The notes beneath the pieces are model-generated. The model was not told the origin of the DNA. It was given only the letters and a program-made list of their open reading frames with translations, and did not search any database. Both the position numbers and the translations under genes were made by a program. A stretch of 64,000 nt of DNA from Candidatus Dojkabacteria bacterium. Its GTDB lineage: Bacteria; Patescibacteriota; Dojkabacteria; SC72; JAFGCJ01. Every line of letters begins with the position of its first letter. Position 1 is the stretch's first letter. The stretch lies in contig JAFGIK010000086.1 of the NCBI GenBank assembly GCA_016929645.1, forward strand, positions 408 through 64,407. Direction: 5' to 3'. Of this stretch, positions 41,864 through 51,190 are shown one piece after another.

Positions 41864-42373
41864 TTATTTAATGAATAAATTATCAAGAACTTTTTCCTGA
41901 ATTTTGAACATCTCTTCTTTTTCCTTCTTTTGTCTGGAAAAATATGATGCATGATCATATCCATAAAGATGAAGCATACCATGAACAACTACTCGAAGTA
42001 ACTCTATTTCAAAAGTTTCTTTATTCAATCCTGCATTATATTTTATATTTGATGGGCAAATCCACACCTCACCAAGAACACCGTTCTCATGCATTGGAAA
42101 AGATAATACATCTGTTGAATTATTTATATTTCGAAACCTGTTATTCAAACCCTTCATCAAATATCCGTCTGTAATAACAATATTAATATCATTTTCTTCA
42201 AGATCGAAGTAACCGTCCTTATCAAAAGATTTTGCAAAAAATGGAACAGACTTAAAGGATTTCTTCAAGCTCAATACATATTTTGATATATGATCAAAAG
42301 CAAGATTACTTAATACAGAGTCCAGGGATTTAAAAACAAATATATCAGGCAATAAATATTTACTTGCAGACAT
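41864..42373 (-). CDS. ybeY: endoribonuclease YbeY (rRNA maturation factor)
   Basis: H3xH5xH zinc motif HGMLHLYGYDH. Confidence 0.9.
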   Translation of the reverse strand: MSASKYLLPDIFVFKSLDSVLSNLAFDHISKYVLSLKKSFKSVPFFAKSFDKDGYFDLEENDINIVITDGYLMKGLNNRFRNINNSTDVLSFPMHENGVLGEVWICPSNIKYNAGLNKETFEIELLRVVVHGMLHLYGYDHASYFSRQKKEKEEMFKIQEKVLDNLFIK

Positions 42374-42380
42374 GGCTCGT

Positions 42381-42824
42381 CTATTTAGATAATTTTTCTT
42401 TTACAAGATTATTAACCACAGCACCATCAGCTTGCCCTTGAACCTTACCCATCACTGCACCCATAACACGACCAATATCTCGGGGTCCTGCTGCACCAAT
42501 TTCCTTGATCACTTCATCTATAGTCTTTGCAATATCATCTTCTCCTAGTTGTTTGGGAAGATACTTCTCAATTACCGCTAGTTGCTCCTCTTCCCGCTTT
42601 GCAAGATCATCTCGACCTGCAGATTTAAACTGATCCATAGACTCTTTTATTCTCTTTGCTTCAGAGAAAACAAGCTTGATTTCATCCGCCTCTGAAAGTT
42701 CACCCTTCTCGATCTTTGCATTTTTTAGTGAAGATAAAACAAGCCTCAGAATATCCCTCTCTACATCATTACCTTCCTGCATAGCCTTTACTGAATCTTT
42801 TTGTATTGTTTCTAGAATCGACAT
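42381..42824 (-). CDS. GatB/YqeY-domain protein
   Basis: 147 aa, YqeY-family pattern (LRLVLSSLKN...DRD...LPKQL). Confidence 0.75.
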   Translation of the reverse strand: MSILETIQKDSVKAMQEGNDVERDILRLVLSSLKNAKIEKGELSEADEIKLVFSEAKRIKESMDQFKSAGRDDLAKREEEQLAVIEKYLPKQLGEDDIAKTIDEVIKEIGAAGPRDIGRVMGAVMGKVQGQADGAVVNNLVKEKLSK

Positions 42825-43001
42825 GAGAGTAAGAATAAAATTAATTTTGAAAAAATTATCCTTGAATTTTTCATCAAGGATAAAAACGGATATTGAGCAA
42901 AGAAAACAGGAATATTAATAAATAATACGAAGAACATTAGCCCATATCATAAGGAAATCAAACGGATTAAACAAATTGAAAAGAGCACAAACATAAGTAA
43001 G

Positions 43002-43211
43002 TTATTTCTCTTTTAATTGTCTTCGCCTTGCTGTACGTCTTCTTTTCTTCATCTTAATCCACTCACGTCGTTTCTGCCTATCATCATAAGTTGCGTCAAT
43101 ATGATACTGTCGTTCACGTACAGTCTCAAGGACTTTTTCTCGAACGACTTCGCGATGAAGACGTCTTAAAGCTGATTCAATACTTTCGTTTTGATGTACT
43201 ATTACTGCCAT
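43002..43211 (-). CDS. rpsU: 30S ribosomal protein S21
   Basis: 69 aa, basic; ALRRLHREVVREKVLETVRERQYH... S21 pattern. Confidence 0.8.
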   Translation of the reverse strand: MAVIVHQNESIESALRRLHREVVREKVLETVRERQYHIDATYDDRQKRREWIKMKKRRRTARRRQLKEK

Positions 43212-43277
43212 AACGTTCAGGATTATATAATAAATTTGAAAATAAGCAAAGAATATTCTAAAAGAATAAGACTTTCT

Positions 43278-45083
43278 CTATAAATGCCTATCACTGCTTG
43301 ATTTTCCAGCGGAGAACTCTTTACCAAACTCTTTTTCAGCAGAATCCATAACCTTATTTTCCCACAAAGATCTTCTGCCTTTCTTTGACATTCTCATCTT
43401 AAGATCACCCATACCGCCACCTACTCTTTCAGAAACAAACAAGATTACATTGTCGAACATTCCAGATTTATAAGAAAAACCGGCAACAACAAGAAGCAAA
43501 CCACCCAATGCTATCCTTGCTAGTGTACTGTCAAAAAGTCCAGTATTAGGTAGTCTACAAGTCACAAAAATATCCTCATCCGCATATATATCACCAGGCT
43601 CTGGCTCAGTAACATGGGCAAACACCTGATTATGTAAAGTTAGTCCAAAGGCCTCTCTTGGTACACGAATAGTATATCTAAAGTATCTCCAACACGAATC
43701 ATCTGTACAAGGCTCAAAGATTTGATCATCTCCTTCAAGATTCCATCTAATATGTTCTGATGTTATTTCTCCAGGAGGAATTGTTGGACTTGTTGATATG
43801 ATCCAATTCTGTTGAATAGTGTCATCATAGTGATCTTCTACATATTCTATCTTTCCAGTGCTCCCTTCAGCAGTGTTTCTTATCCTAATTTCGTAAGTGA
43901 TATCAGCATATACACTTGATGTACCCTCTTCATAACAAACAGGCGTGCCATTCTTCTCAATCTCCCAATCAGGAGGTGTCTCTTCCTGACAGACACACTC
44001 AGGCTGAATACACTCACTCCACAAACACTCCTGTTGAGGACCACCCGGATCGCCAAGCTCACAATGCTCATAATCCTGATTATAAATACGATCACCACAG
44101 AAAGGAGCAACCTGCTCTATACTTGCCGTACAGGTTTCAGCTTCCTTCCAACTATCCGCATAATTGTCAGCATCCGCAACATCAACCTTCACACTGTAAG
44201 TATGACCAGATTGCTGAGTGAGACTAAATGTACCGTTTAATGTACACTGATTTCGTCGACCAATATTTCCGTTCTGGATAAGTGGTTCACCAGTTCTAGC
44301 ACAAGTAATCATACTTGAGCCAGCCTCAACGATTTGAGGATATCCACTTACAACCTGGCCATCTTCCATTACGGTAACTCTAAATCTAACATTATCTCCA
44401 TCGATATCTTCTCCTCGAGTTGTAATTGACAAGGTATTTGTAGCCTGGTCCCATGTAGCAGTAGTGTCAATACAGTAGGTACATGCTGACCAATCAACTG
44501 AGTCACAGCTACCAGCAGCACCTTGAGCATCGAAACACATTACGGTAGCATCCCCAGCACAATCCATCTGGCCAAGAGAACATGGATATGAATTAAGGCT
44601 TAGCGAAGCACCATCGCCAGTATAGACCCAATAACCTTCAATAACATATTCAGAAAAATTTCCACCGCCATCACAACCCGCTCTAGGACCACTACAACTG
44701 GCACCAGTAATACTTGCAGAAGCATCATCAGTGCTACAAGCAGAGCCACTAGTTGTACATGTAAGACCACCACAATTGCACGTACAAGTACCATCATCAG
44801 GAGTTGTTCTTGGTGTACAATGACACCATCGATCATGACCATCTCCATCACCATCACACTCTTGTCCATCAAGACACGCAGCTTGCTCATCTGAAGCACA
44901 ACATGTTACTCCCTCAGTCGAACTACAACAATCATGTTCCGTACCAGCCTGACTCTCCTCAGGCGTCACCTCTTTGGGCTGATTCAACCTCCAGATAACA
45001 TAAACAGAAGCTCCAATAGCTAAAACTCCAAGAATCGAACCAAGGATGATAAAAATCGTTTTTTTGTTAATTCTAGTTGCCAA
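43278..45083 (-). CDS. Cys-rich secreted surface protein with LPxTG-type sortase signal
   Basis: N-terminal TM/signal. Dense Cys clusters (HDCCSSTEGVTCCASD, CHCTPRTTPDDGTCTCNCGGLTC). Near the C-terminus LPNTG + hydrophobic helix (LARIALGGLLLVVAGF) + basic residues, followed by an unusual about 70-aa tail. Confidence 0.65.
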   Translation of the reverse strand: MATRINKKTIFIILGSILGVLAIGASVYVIWRLNQPKEVTPEESQAGTEHDCCSSTEGVTCCASDEQAACLDGQECDGDGDGHDRWCHCTPRTTPDDGTCTCNCGGLTCTTSGSACSTDDASASITGASCSGPRAGCDGGGNFSEYVIEGYWVYTGDGASLSLNSYPCSLGQMDCAGDATVMCFDAQGAAGSCDSVDWSACTYCIDTTATWDQATNTLSITTRGEDIDGDNVRFRVTVMEDGQVVSGYPQIVEAGSSMITCARTGEPLIQNGNIGRRNQCTLNGTFSLTQQSGHTYSVKVDVADADNYADSWKEAETCTASIEQVAPFCGDRIYNQDYEHCELGDPGGPQQECLWSECIQPECVCQEETPPDWEIEKNGTPVCYEEGTSSVYADITYEIRIRNTAEGSTGKIEYVEDHYDDTIQQNWIISTSPTIPPGEITSEHIRWNLEGDDQIFEPCTDDSCWRYFRYTIRVPREAFGLTLHNQVFAHVTEPEPGDIYADEDIFVTCRLPNTGLFDSTLARIALGGLLLVVAGFSYKSGMFDNVILFVSERVGGGMGDLKMRMSKKGRRSLWENKVMDSAEKEFGKEFSAGKSSSDRHL

Positions 45084-45283
45084 TTCAGCAGTTTTGTAAA
45101 TTTACAAGCAATTAATTGAATCTTAAAAAATTTGCTCTACGTACATTATTTGTACAAAAGATTCAGATAAATATTTCTTTATAGAATATAACTATATCTC
45201 TATAAAATGTCAAAGATTTTTACCTGAAATTAAGTAACTCTAATTTGGTAGTGAAAAATTCCTTTAATATAAACATTTCTTTC

Positions 45284-46462
45284 TTACTTGAAGAATCCAG
45301 CGATAAAGGAAACTATTACAGAAAATAGATTTTTTATCCAATCCCAAACACCGAATTGAAAAAAATCTTTAGCTGAAATTACTATCATCAAACCAAACAA
45401 CAAAAGCATACTTACTGTAAATAAAACATTCTTAAATTTTTCATTAATTGGCTTCCCTCTTATTGCCTCAATCAAGATTATCACACCATGACCACCATCA
45501 AGTGCTGGAAATGGCATAATATTAAAGATAGCAAGAGTCAAATTAAGCATTGCAATTAAATCAAGCATACTAATAAGCCCAAGCCCTTTGAAAATATCAA
45601 CCACTGCAAACAATCCAATAGGACCAGTTACTTGTTGTGCAACAGGCTCAATTGTCTTTTCTTTTACAGATTCCTTTGCCAGATTTCCAATTGCATAGAA
45701 ATTCAACTGAATGATATTACCAGCGTGAAGAAAACCAGCAAATGGTCTTTGCCAGCCATTGTATTCTATTTTCCAGGTAGTAACATCTTCTATTAATTCG
45801 ACTCCAAGCCTGCCGTCGTCACCAATTTTAAACTTTTTAGTGTACTCTGTATCCATAAGATCATTAAATTTTATTTCAACCTCATTACCTGCGTTGTCTT
45901 GAAGAACTGCTGTAAACTGATCTGCAGATTTAACCGTATCTCCATTTATCTCTAAAATCGAAGCTGGAGCTTCAAGTCCAGCGTTATCTGCAGCAGAATC
46001 ATCAATCACATTTACAACAAGAAGATCACTTATCACCTCTTTCTTTTGATCACCAAACCAAAAATCCAAATCCTTATAGTAAGTTATATCTGAATAAACG
46101 AATCCCTTTGATATAAGAATGATATAAAAAAGAAAAACAGCAAGGAGAAAATTCATAAACACTCCAGAAAAAGAAACAAGAAGTTGAGCCCAAGGTCCCT
46201 TCTCGCTATAACTTCTTTGGGATTTAACATCCTCCTCTTCTCCAAGTAGTTTCACATAACCTCCAATAGGAAATAATTTCAGCATATATTCAGTCTCGCC
46301 ATATTTCTTAGAGAAAAGTTTTGGACCGAATCCAAATGCGAATTCTTCAACTTTTATGCCACTTACCTTTGCTGCAACAAAATGACCAAGTTCATGAATC
46401 AAAACAACAACACCAATTATCACGACAAAAATTAGAGCTGTAACTAAAAATGACCACATCAA
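45284..46462 (-). CDS. rseP: RIP zinc metalloprotease RseP (site-2 protease, M50) with PDZ domain
   Basis: HELGHFVAAK (HExxH), PDZ insert, NIMPFPALDGGH (LDG motif). Confidence 0.9.
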   Translation of the reverse strand: MMWSFLVTALIFVVIIGVVVLIHELGHFVAAKVSGIKVEEFAFGFGPKLFSKKYGETEYMLKLFPIGGYVKLLGEEEDVKSQRSYSEKGPWAQLLVSFSGVFMNFLLAVFLFYIILISKGFVYSDITYYKDLDFWFGDQKKEVISDLLVVNVIDDSAADNAGLEAPASILEINGDTVKSADQFTAVLQDNAGNEVEIKFNDLMDTEYTKKFKIGDDGRLGVELIEDVTTWKIEYNGWQRPFAGFLHAGNIIQLNFYAIGNLAKESVKEKTIEPVAQQVTGPIGLFAVVDIFKGLGLISMLDLIAMLNLTLAIFNIMPFPALDGGHGVIILIEAIRGKPINEKFKNVLFTVSMLLLFGLMIVISAKDFFQFGVWDWIKNLFSVIVSFIAGFFK

Positions 46463-46480
46463 AATATATTATTGGAAAAA

Positions 46481-47029
46481 TTACATATTCAGGATCTCAT
46501 CCTGCTTCTTGTCTGAAAACTCATCAATATTATCAATTATACTTGAGATATGTTTTTCAAATTCATCTTTCTTTCGCTCAATATCATCTTCCGATACCCC
46601 ACCAGATTTTAACTGATTATCAAGCTCTTCCATAATTTTATGACGAACCTGTCGTACAGCAACTTTGGATTCTTCTGTTCTAATCTTAACATCTTTAACA
46701 TAATTTTCTCTAATTTCCTGAGTCATGGAAGGAATACTAATTCGAATAGTTTCACCATCAACAATAGGAGTGATATCAATATCCGCAGCAAAAATAGCTT
46801 TCTCAATAGACTTTAAATTCGTCTTATCCCAAGGCTGTATCAAAATAGTTCTAGGATCAGGAGTAGAAATATTCGCAATATGCTTAATCGGCATTGTCGA
46901 TTCATACACCTCAACTTGAACAGAATCTAATATCTCTGGATTCGCCCGACCAAGTCTCAACTGATTCATCTCCCCTTTAAACCGCGAAACAATCTCGTCA
47001 AGTTTCTCCTTAGCCTCTGAAATATTCAT
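46481..47029 (-). CDS. frr: ribosome recycling factor
   Basis: 182 aa; RLGRANPEILDSVQVEVYES...PWDK signature. Confidence 0.92.
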   Translation of the reverse strand: MNISEAKEKLDEIVSRFKGEMNQLRLGRANPEILDSVQVEVYESTMPIKHIANISTPDPRTILIQPWDKTNLKSIEKAIFAADIDITPIVDGETIRISIPSMTQEIRENYVKDVKIRTEESKVAVRQVRHKIMEELDNQLKSGGVSEDDIERKKDEFEKHISSIIDNIDEFSDKKQDEILNM

Positions 47030-47083
47030 AAAGAATTGAAAAGGTTTAAATTAAGATACAAAGCCTAAAACACTATTTCAATT

Positions 47084-47791
47084 CTACTCTCCAAGCTTTA
47101 TTCTGTAAATACGACCTAAAGAAATTTTTTCTCCGATATTTGCAATTGCATCGTCAAGGATGTTTCGGATAGTTTTCTCTTCGTCTCTGAAGTATTTCTG
47201 CTCAGTAAGACATGATTCTTCGTAAAATTTCTTGAGTTTACCTTCCGTAATTTTCTCTATAATGTCATCTGATTTTCCCTTAAGTTCATCTGATTCTTTT
47301 ATCATTTTTTTCTGCTCTTCTATAACGGCCTTTGGTACCAAATCAGGCTCAGCATATTTTGCACCATTTGAAGCTACCTGCATTGCAAGTTCATGTGCTA
47401 AATTTTTGAATTTTTCGTTTTTGGCGACAAAATCTGTATCACAAAAAAGCTCGACAATAATAACCAACTTCTGCTCTTCTCCATGAATATAAATTCCAAG
47501 ACCACCCTCTTTTTTCTTTTCTTGAGAAGGATCTCCACCCCAACCGTTTTCCTTAATAATTTCGACAGCTTTCTCAAAATCACCTTCAGCTTTTTCATGT
47601 GCAATTTTACAGTGAATTATCTTTGCTCCAGTTAGGTTATAAAGCCTTGAAACAACGTCACTTCTTTTATCAATATACTTACGTGCCTTTTCAAAGTCAC
47701 CATCACTATCCGTCAATGCCTCTTTACAAAGAGCCATACCAGCAGAAGTCATTTTCCTAAGCTTCATTATATCCTTTGCTTTAAACGCCAT
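47084..47791 (-). CDS. tsf: elongation factor Ts
   Basis: N-terminal UBA-like LRKMTSAGMALCKEAL; 235 aa. Confidence 0.9.
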   Translation of the reverse strand: MAFKAKDIMKLRKMTSAGMALCKEALTDSDGDFEKARKYIDKRSDVVSRLYNLTGAKIIHCKIAHEKAEGDFEKAVEIIKENGWGGDPSQEKKKEGGLGIYIHGEEQKLVIIVELFCDTDFVAKNEKFKNLAHELAMQVASNGAKYAEPDLVPKAVIEEQKKMIKESDELKGKSDDIIEKITEGKLKKFYEESCLTEQKYFRDEEKTIRNILDDAIANIGEKISLGRIYRIKLGE

Positions 47792-47829
47792 TTTCGTTGT
47801 CTTATTAATTTAGTTATTAACAATAAAAT

Positions 47830-49080
47830 TTACTTCTTTAATGCTTTATTAATATCTTCGATAGCTTTTTCTCCAACTCCTTTTAATCCTAGTAACTCGC
47901 TTTTAGTTTTGGATCTAAGCTCATCGACAGTCTTGATATTACTTTCTTTTAACGCATTCAATGTTCGTTTAGGAAGTTTAAGTTCATTAATGTCTGTAAC
48001 CTTTTCTTCATTCATAGTAGCCATCTTTTTCACAACCTTCTTTACTGATTTCTTCGAATCTTCAACCTTACCTGATGTTTTACTGGAAGAGGTATCTGCT
48101 TGTACGATTCTAACAACTTTGCCAGAGGTAGCATCCGATTCTGCAACATCAACCCCATCTTTCATTGCTTTAAGCTTCTGAACATGTAATTCCTGCTCCA
48201 TCCTTTTTCTTTCTTGCTCTTTTTCAGAAAATTGCCTTTTAGCTTCAATATTTGAGATATAATCATTTCTCCTCTTAATCAAATCTCTACTTGGTTTAGA
48301 ATCAGAAAAAGCCTGGGCAAGATAGTCAATAAATAATCTTAAGGATTTAATTGCATCATCATTTCCGGGGATTGGATAATCAATAACCTTTGGATCACAA
48401 TTTGTGTCAACTATTGCAACCAATGGAATATTCATCTTTCTCGCCTCTTTTATTGCGATTCTCTCAAATTTGGTATCAATTACAAACATAGCGACAGGTT
48501 TCTTATCCATAAATGTTACCCCTTCATATACTTTCTCATATCTTTCCCTATCACGATCCATAACACCACGCTCTCGTTTTGTTTCATAACCAGAATGCGC
48601 AGCAAGATTTTCATCCAAAAACATCAATTTATTAATACTCTTTTGAATAGATCGCGAATTTGTCAGTAATCCAGCTGGCCATTTTTTACTAATATAGAAA
48701 GCTCCATGATCAATACCTGCATTTTTAATTAATGTTGCAGCTTGACCTTTAGTACCAACCAATAATATGTTCCCCTGTGTCGAAATTTTCGCAAGGAATT
48801 CAGCAGCCTCTCTCATAAGCTTTAACGTTTGAGTGAGGTCAATAATATGCATATTATTTCTGACGTCAAAAACATAATCCTTCATAGCGGGATTCCATCT
48901 GCTCTTTTTATGTCCAAAGTGACAACCAGCAGCAAGAAGCTCTTGAAGAGTCACATCTTTGATCTTACTTAGATCAACAGATTTTACTTCCTCTGGTTTA
49001 CGAACAAAATTTGAAGGTCTTGATGATTTAGATATTTTTTTAGAGGCTTTTACAGCCTCCTTTGCAGTTGATTCTGCCAT
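47830..49080 (-). CDS. rpsB: 30S ribosomal protein S2 with C-terminal RNA-polymerase-alpha-CTD-like HhH domain
   Basis: S2 core (LLAAGCHFGHKKSRWNP...). Basic Lys/Ser-rich linker. C-terminal LKLPKRTLNALKESNIKTVDELRSKTKSELLGLKGVGEKAIEDI matches the alpha-CTD pattern L.LS.R..N.L....I.TV.DL......ELL...N.G.KS..EI. Confidence 0.85.
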   Translation of the reverse strand: MAESTAKEAVKASKKISKSSRPSNFVRKPEEVKSVDLSKIKDVTLQELLAAGCHFGHKKSRWNPAMKDYVFDVRNNMHIIDLTQTLKLMREAAEFLAKISTQGNILLVGTKGQAATLIKNAGIDHGAFYISKKWPAGLLTNSRSIQKSINKLMFLDENLAAHSGYETKRERGVMDRDRERYEKVYEGVTFMDKKPVAMFVIDTKFERIAIKEARKMNIPLVAIVDTNCDPKVIDYPIPGNDDAIKSLRLFIDYLAQAFSDSKPSRDLIKRRNDYISNIEAKRQFSEKEQERKRMEQELHVQKLKAMKDGVDVAESDATSGKVVRIVQADTSSSKTSGKVEDSKKSVKKVVKKMATMNEEKVTDINELKLPKRTLNALKESNIKTVDELRSKTKSELLGLKGVGEKAIEDINKALKK

Positions 49081-49102
49081 TGTAGTATCCTCCTTAAATA
49101 AG

Positions 49103-49140
49103 CTTTTCGATCATATTCAATCAGGAGTCTAATCGAAAAG
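49103..49140 (-). promoter_or_regulatory. hairpin (9-bp stem CTTTTCGAT/ATCGAAAAG, 20-nt loop) in the rpsB leader, downstream of nrdD
   Basis: Seen directly; about 10 nt upstream of the rpsB Shine-Dalgarno sequence (GGAGGA) on the minus strand. Confidence 0.4.
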
Positions 49141-49241
49141 TAAGAAATAAATTAAACCTGAAGGGATAATAACATCAATCATCCCTAAAAATCAACTCTA
49201 TACTTATTACAAATATCATTCTTAAAAATAAGCTAACAACA

Positions 49242-51083
49242 CTAATCCCTTATCTCAAATTCACTCCTCTGCTTAAATTCAGCAACTTTACCCTTATTCC
49301 AGCGCGAAACAGGTCTGTAATATCCAACAACACGACTATAAACATTGGTTTGCTTATTACATTTGGGACACACATATACCTCACCATTAATATAACCATG
49401 CGACTCACAAACACTAAAAGTTGGAGAGATTGTAAAATATGGAATTCTATAATTTTCTGCTATTTTCTTGACAAGTTTCATACATGTTTTCCAGTCCTTC
49501 AAACGTTCTCCGATAAATGTATGGAAAACAGTACCTCCGGTATAAGTCGATTGGATTTCCTCCTGAAGATCAAGTGCTTCAAAAATATCCCGGGTAGCAT
49601 CAACAGGTAGCTGGCTTGAATTTGTATAATATGGATCACCATTACCCTGAGTTATTATACTGGGATATTTCTCTCTATCTAATCTTGCTAAATGATATGA
49701 TGCACTCTCAGCAGGACTTGCCTCAAGATTATATATATTTCCTGTCTCCTCTTGATAATCCTGTATTGTCTTTTTCATAAATTTTAAGATCTTAACTGTA
49801 AAATTGATTGCTTCCTTGTTAGTTAAATTTTTACCAAGATAGTTCAACATCATCTCGTTCATACCGACAAGACCAATCGTAGAAAAAAAACGATCAAAAG
49901 TACCAAGGTAACGTCTTGTGTAAGGCATAAATCCGCATTCAAGATTTTTTGAAACATACTCACGCTTTTGCTCAAGACATTCTTTGCACAAATCCATACG
50001 TTTTTTGAGAATTGAAAATAATGCCGATTCAGGCTTTCCTTTAACCTCAAACCCAATCCTTGCCATATTTACATCAACAACACCAATTGAACCAGTTGAT
50101 TCGCCAGATCCAAATAATCCGCCAGTCTTCTTTGCAAGCTCCTTTAAGTCCATCTGTAAACGACAACACATAGATCGAACATCCCCGGGATTCAAATCGC
50201 TTTTAATAAAATTTTGGAAATAAGGAGTACCATATTTAGCTGTTAATTCAAATAACATCTGAGCATTTGAGCTCTCCCAATCAAAATCTTTTGTCAGATT
50301 ATAAGTTGGAATTGGATATGAGAACGGCTGTTGATCAGCATCTCCTTCCTGAAAAACTTCAAGAAATGCCCTGTTTATCAAATCCATCTCCCTTTGAAAA
50401 TAACCATACTTTTCTTTTTGAAGTTTGCCACCAATCATGACTCTCTGGTTCTTTAAATCTTCAGGAACAACCCAATCTAAAGTGATATTAGAAAAAGGAA
50501 CTTTGCCACCATGACGAATATGTGTGTTCAATGCATAAACAAATCGCTGTATATTCTGCTTGATTTCTCTATACGGTAGCCCATCGTAATAAACAAACGG
50601 TGCAAGATATGTGTCAACAGAGCTAAAAGCTTGAGCACCAGACCATTCGTTACATACAATCTGAATAAATCTGGCCATTTGATCAACTGCAGCATGCATA
50701 TGTAGTGGAGGTTTACTCGAAGTTCTATCTGGTATCCCATTTAGGCCTTCAGACAAAAGCAATCTCAAGCTCCATCCCGCACAATAACCCACCATGCCTT
50801 TACCAAGGTCATGAATATAAATATCCCCATCAAGATGGGCATCAGCAACCTTCCGATAAAGCAAATGATTGATAAAGTACACTTTACTTATCTTTTCAAA
50901 AACATTATTAACAAGACCTGGAAAACTATACATAACGTTTGCACCTTCCTTTTGATACGAGCCAAGAGATGCCGCAGTAGCGAGAGATTTTTTTGTTTTC
51001 TTTGAAACCTTTGAGAAATCATCAGAATACATATATTCCTCAATCAATAGTTTTGCATCAATATTTAGTTTATTTCGGGGCAT
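49242..51083 (-). CDS. nrdD: anaerobic ribonucleoside-triphosphate reductase (class III RNR)
   Basis: Glycyl-radical C-terminus RVVGYYRPVSRWNKGKVAEFKQR. Zn site CESHGY...CPKCN. Confidence 0.9.
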   Translation of the reverse strand: MPRNKLNIDAKLLIEEYMYSDDFSKVSKKTKKSLATAASLGSYQKEGANVMYSFPGLVNNVFEKISKVYFINHLLYRKVADAHLDGDIYIHDLGKGMVGYCAGWSLRLLLSEGLNGIPDRTSSKPPLHMHAAVDQMARFIQIVCNEWSGAQAFSSVDTYLAPFVYYDGLPYREIKQNIQRFVYALNTHIRHGGKVPFSNITLDWVVPEDLKNQRVMIGGKLQKEKYGYFQREMDLINRAFLEVFQEGDADQQPFSYPIPTYNLTKDFDWESSNAQMLFELTAKYGTPYFQNFIKSDLNPGDVRSMCCRLQMDLKELAKKTGGLFGSGESTGSIGVVDVNMARIGFEVKGKPESALFSILKKRMDLCKECLEQKREYVSKNLECGFMPYTRRYLGTFDRFFSTIGLVGMNEMMLNYLGKNLTNKEAINFTVKILKFMKKTIQDYQEETGNIYNLEASPAESASYHLARLDREKYPSIITQGNGDPYYTNSSQLPVDATRDIFEALDLQEEIQSTYTGGTVFHTFIGERLKDWKTCMKLVKKIAENYRIPYFTISPTFSVCESHGYINGEVYVCPKCNKQTNVYSRVVGYYRPVSRWNKGKVAEFKQRSEFEIRD

Positions 51084-51139
51084 TTTTCAGTTATAAAAAG
51101 TAATATGAACAAGAAAATTAACTACAGATTAACATTTAA

Positions 51140-51190
51140 TAGATACGTTGCGTATCTACGTATCTATTTGAGTATCTATTTACGTATCTA
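51140..51190. promoter_or_regulatory. GTATCTA repeat array: palindrome TAGATACgttgcGTATCTA plus three more direct copies at 8/12/12-bp spacing, upstream of nrdD
   Basis: Seen directly: copies at 51152, 51160, 51172, 51184 and an inverted copy at 51140; the last copy overlaps the dcd stop. Confidence 0.6.
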
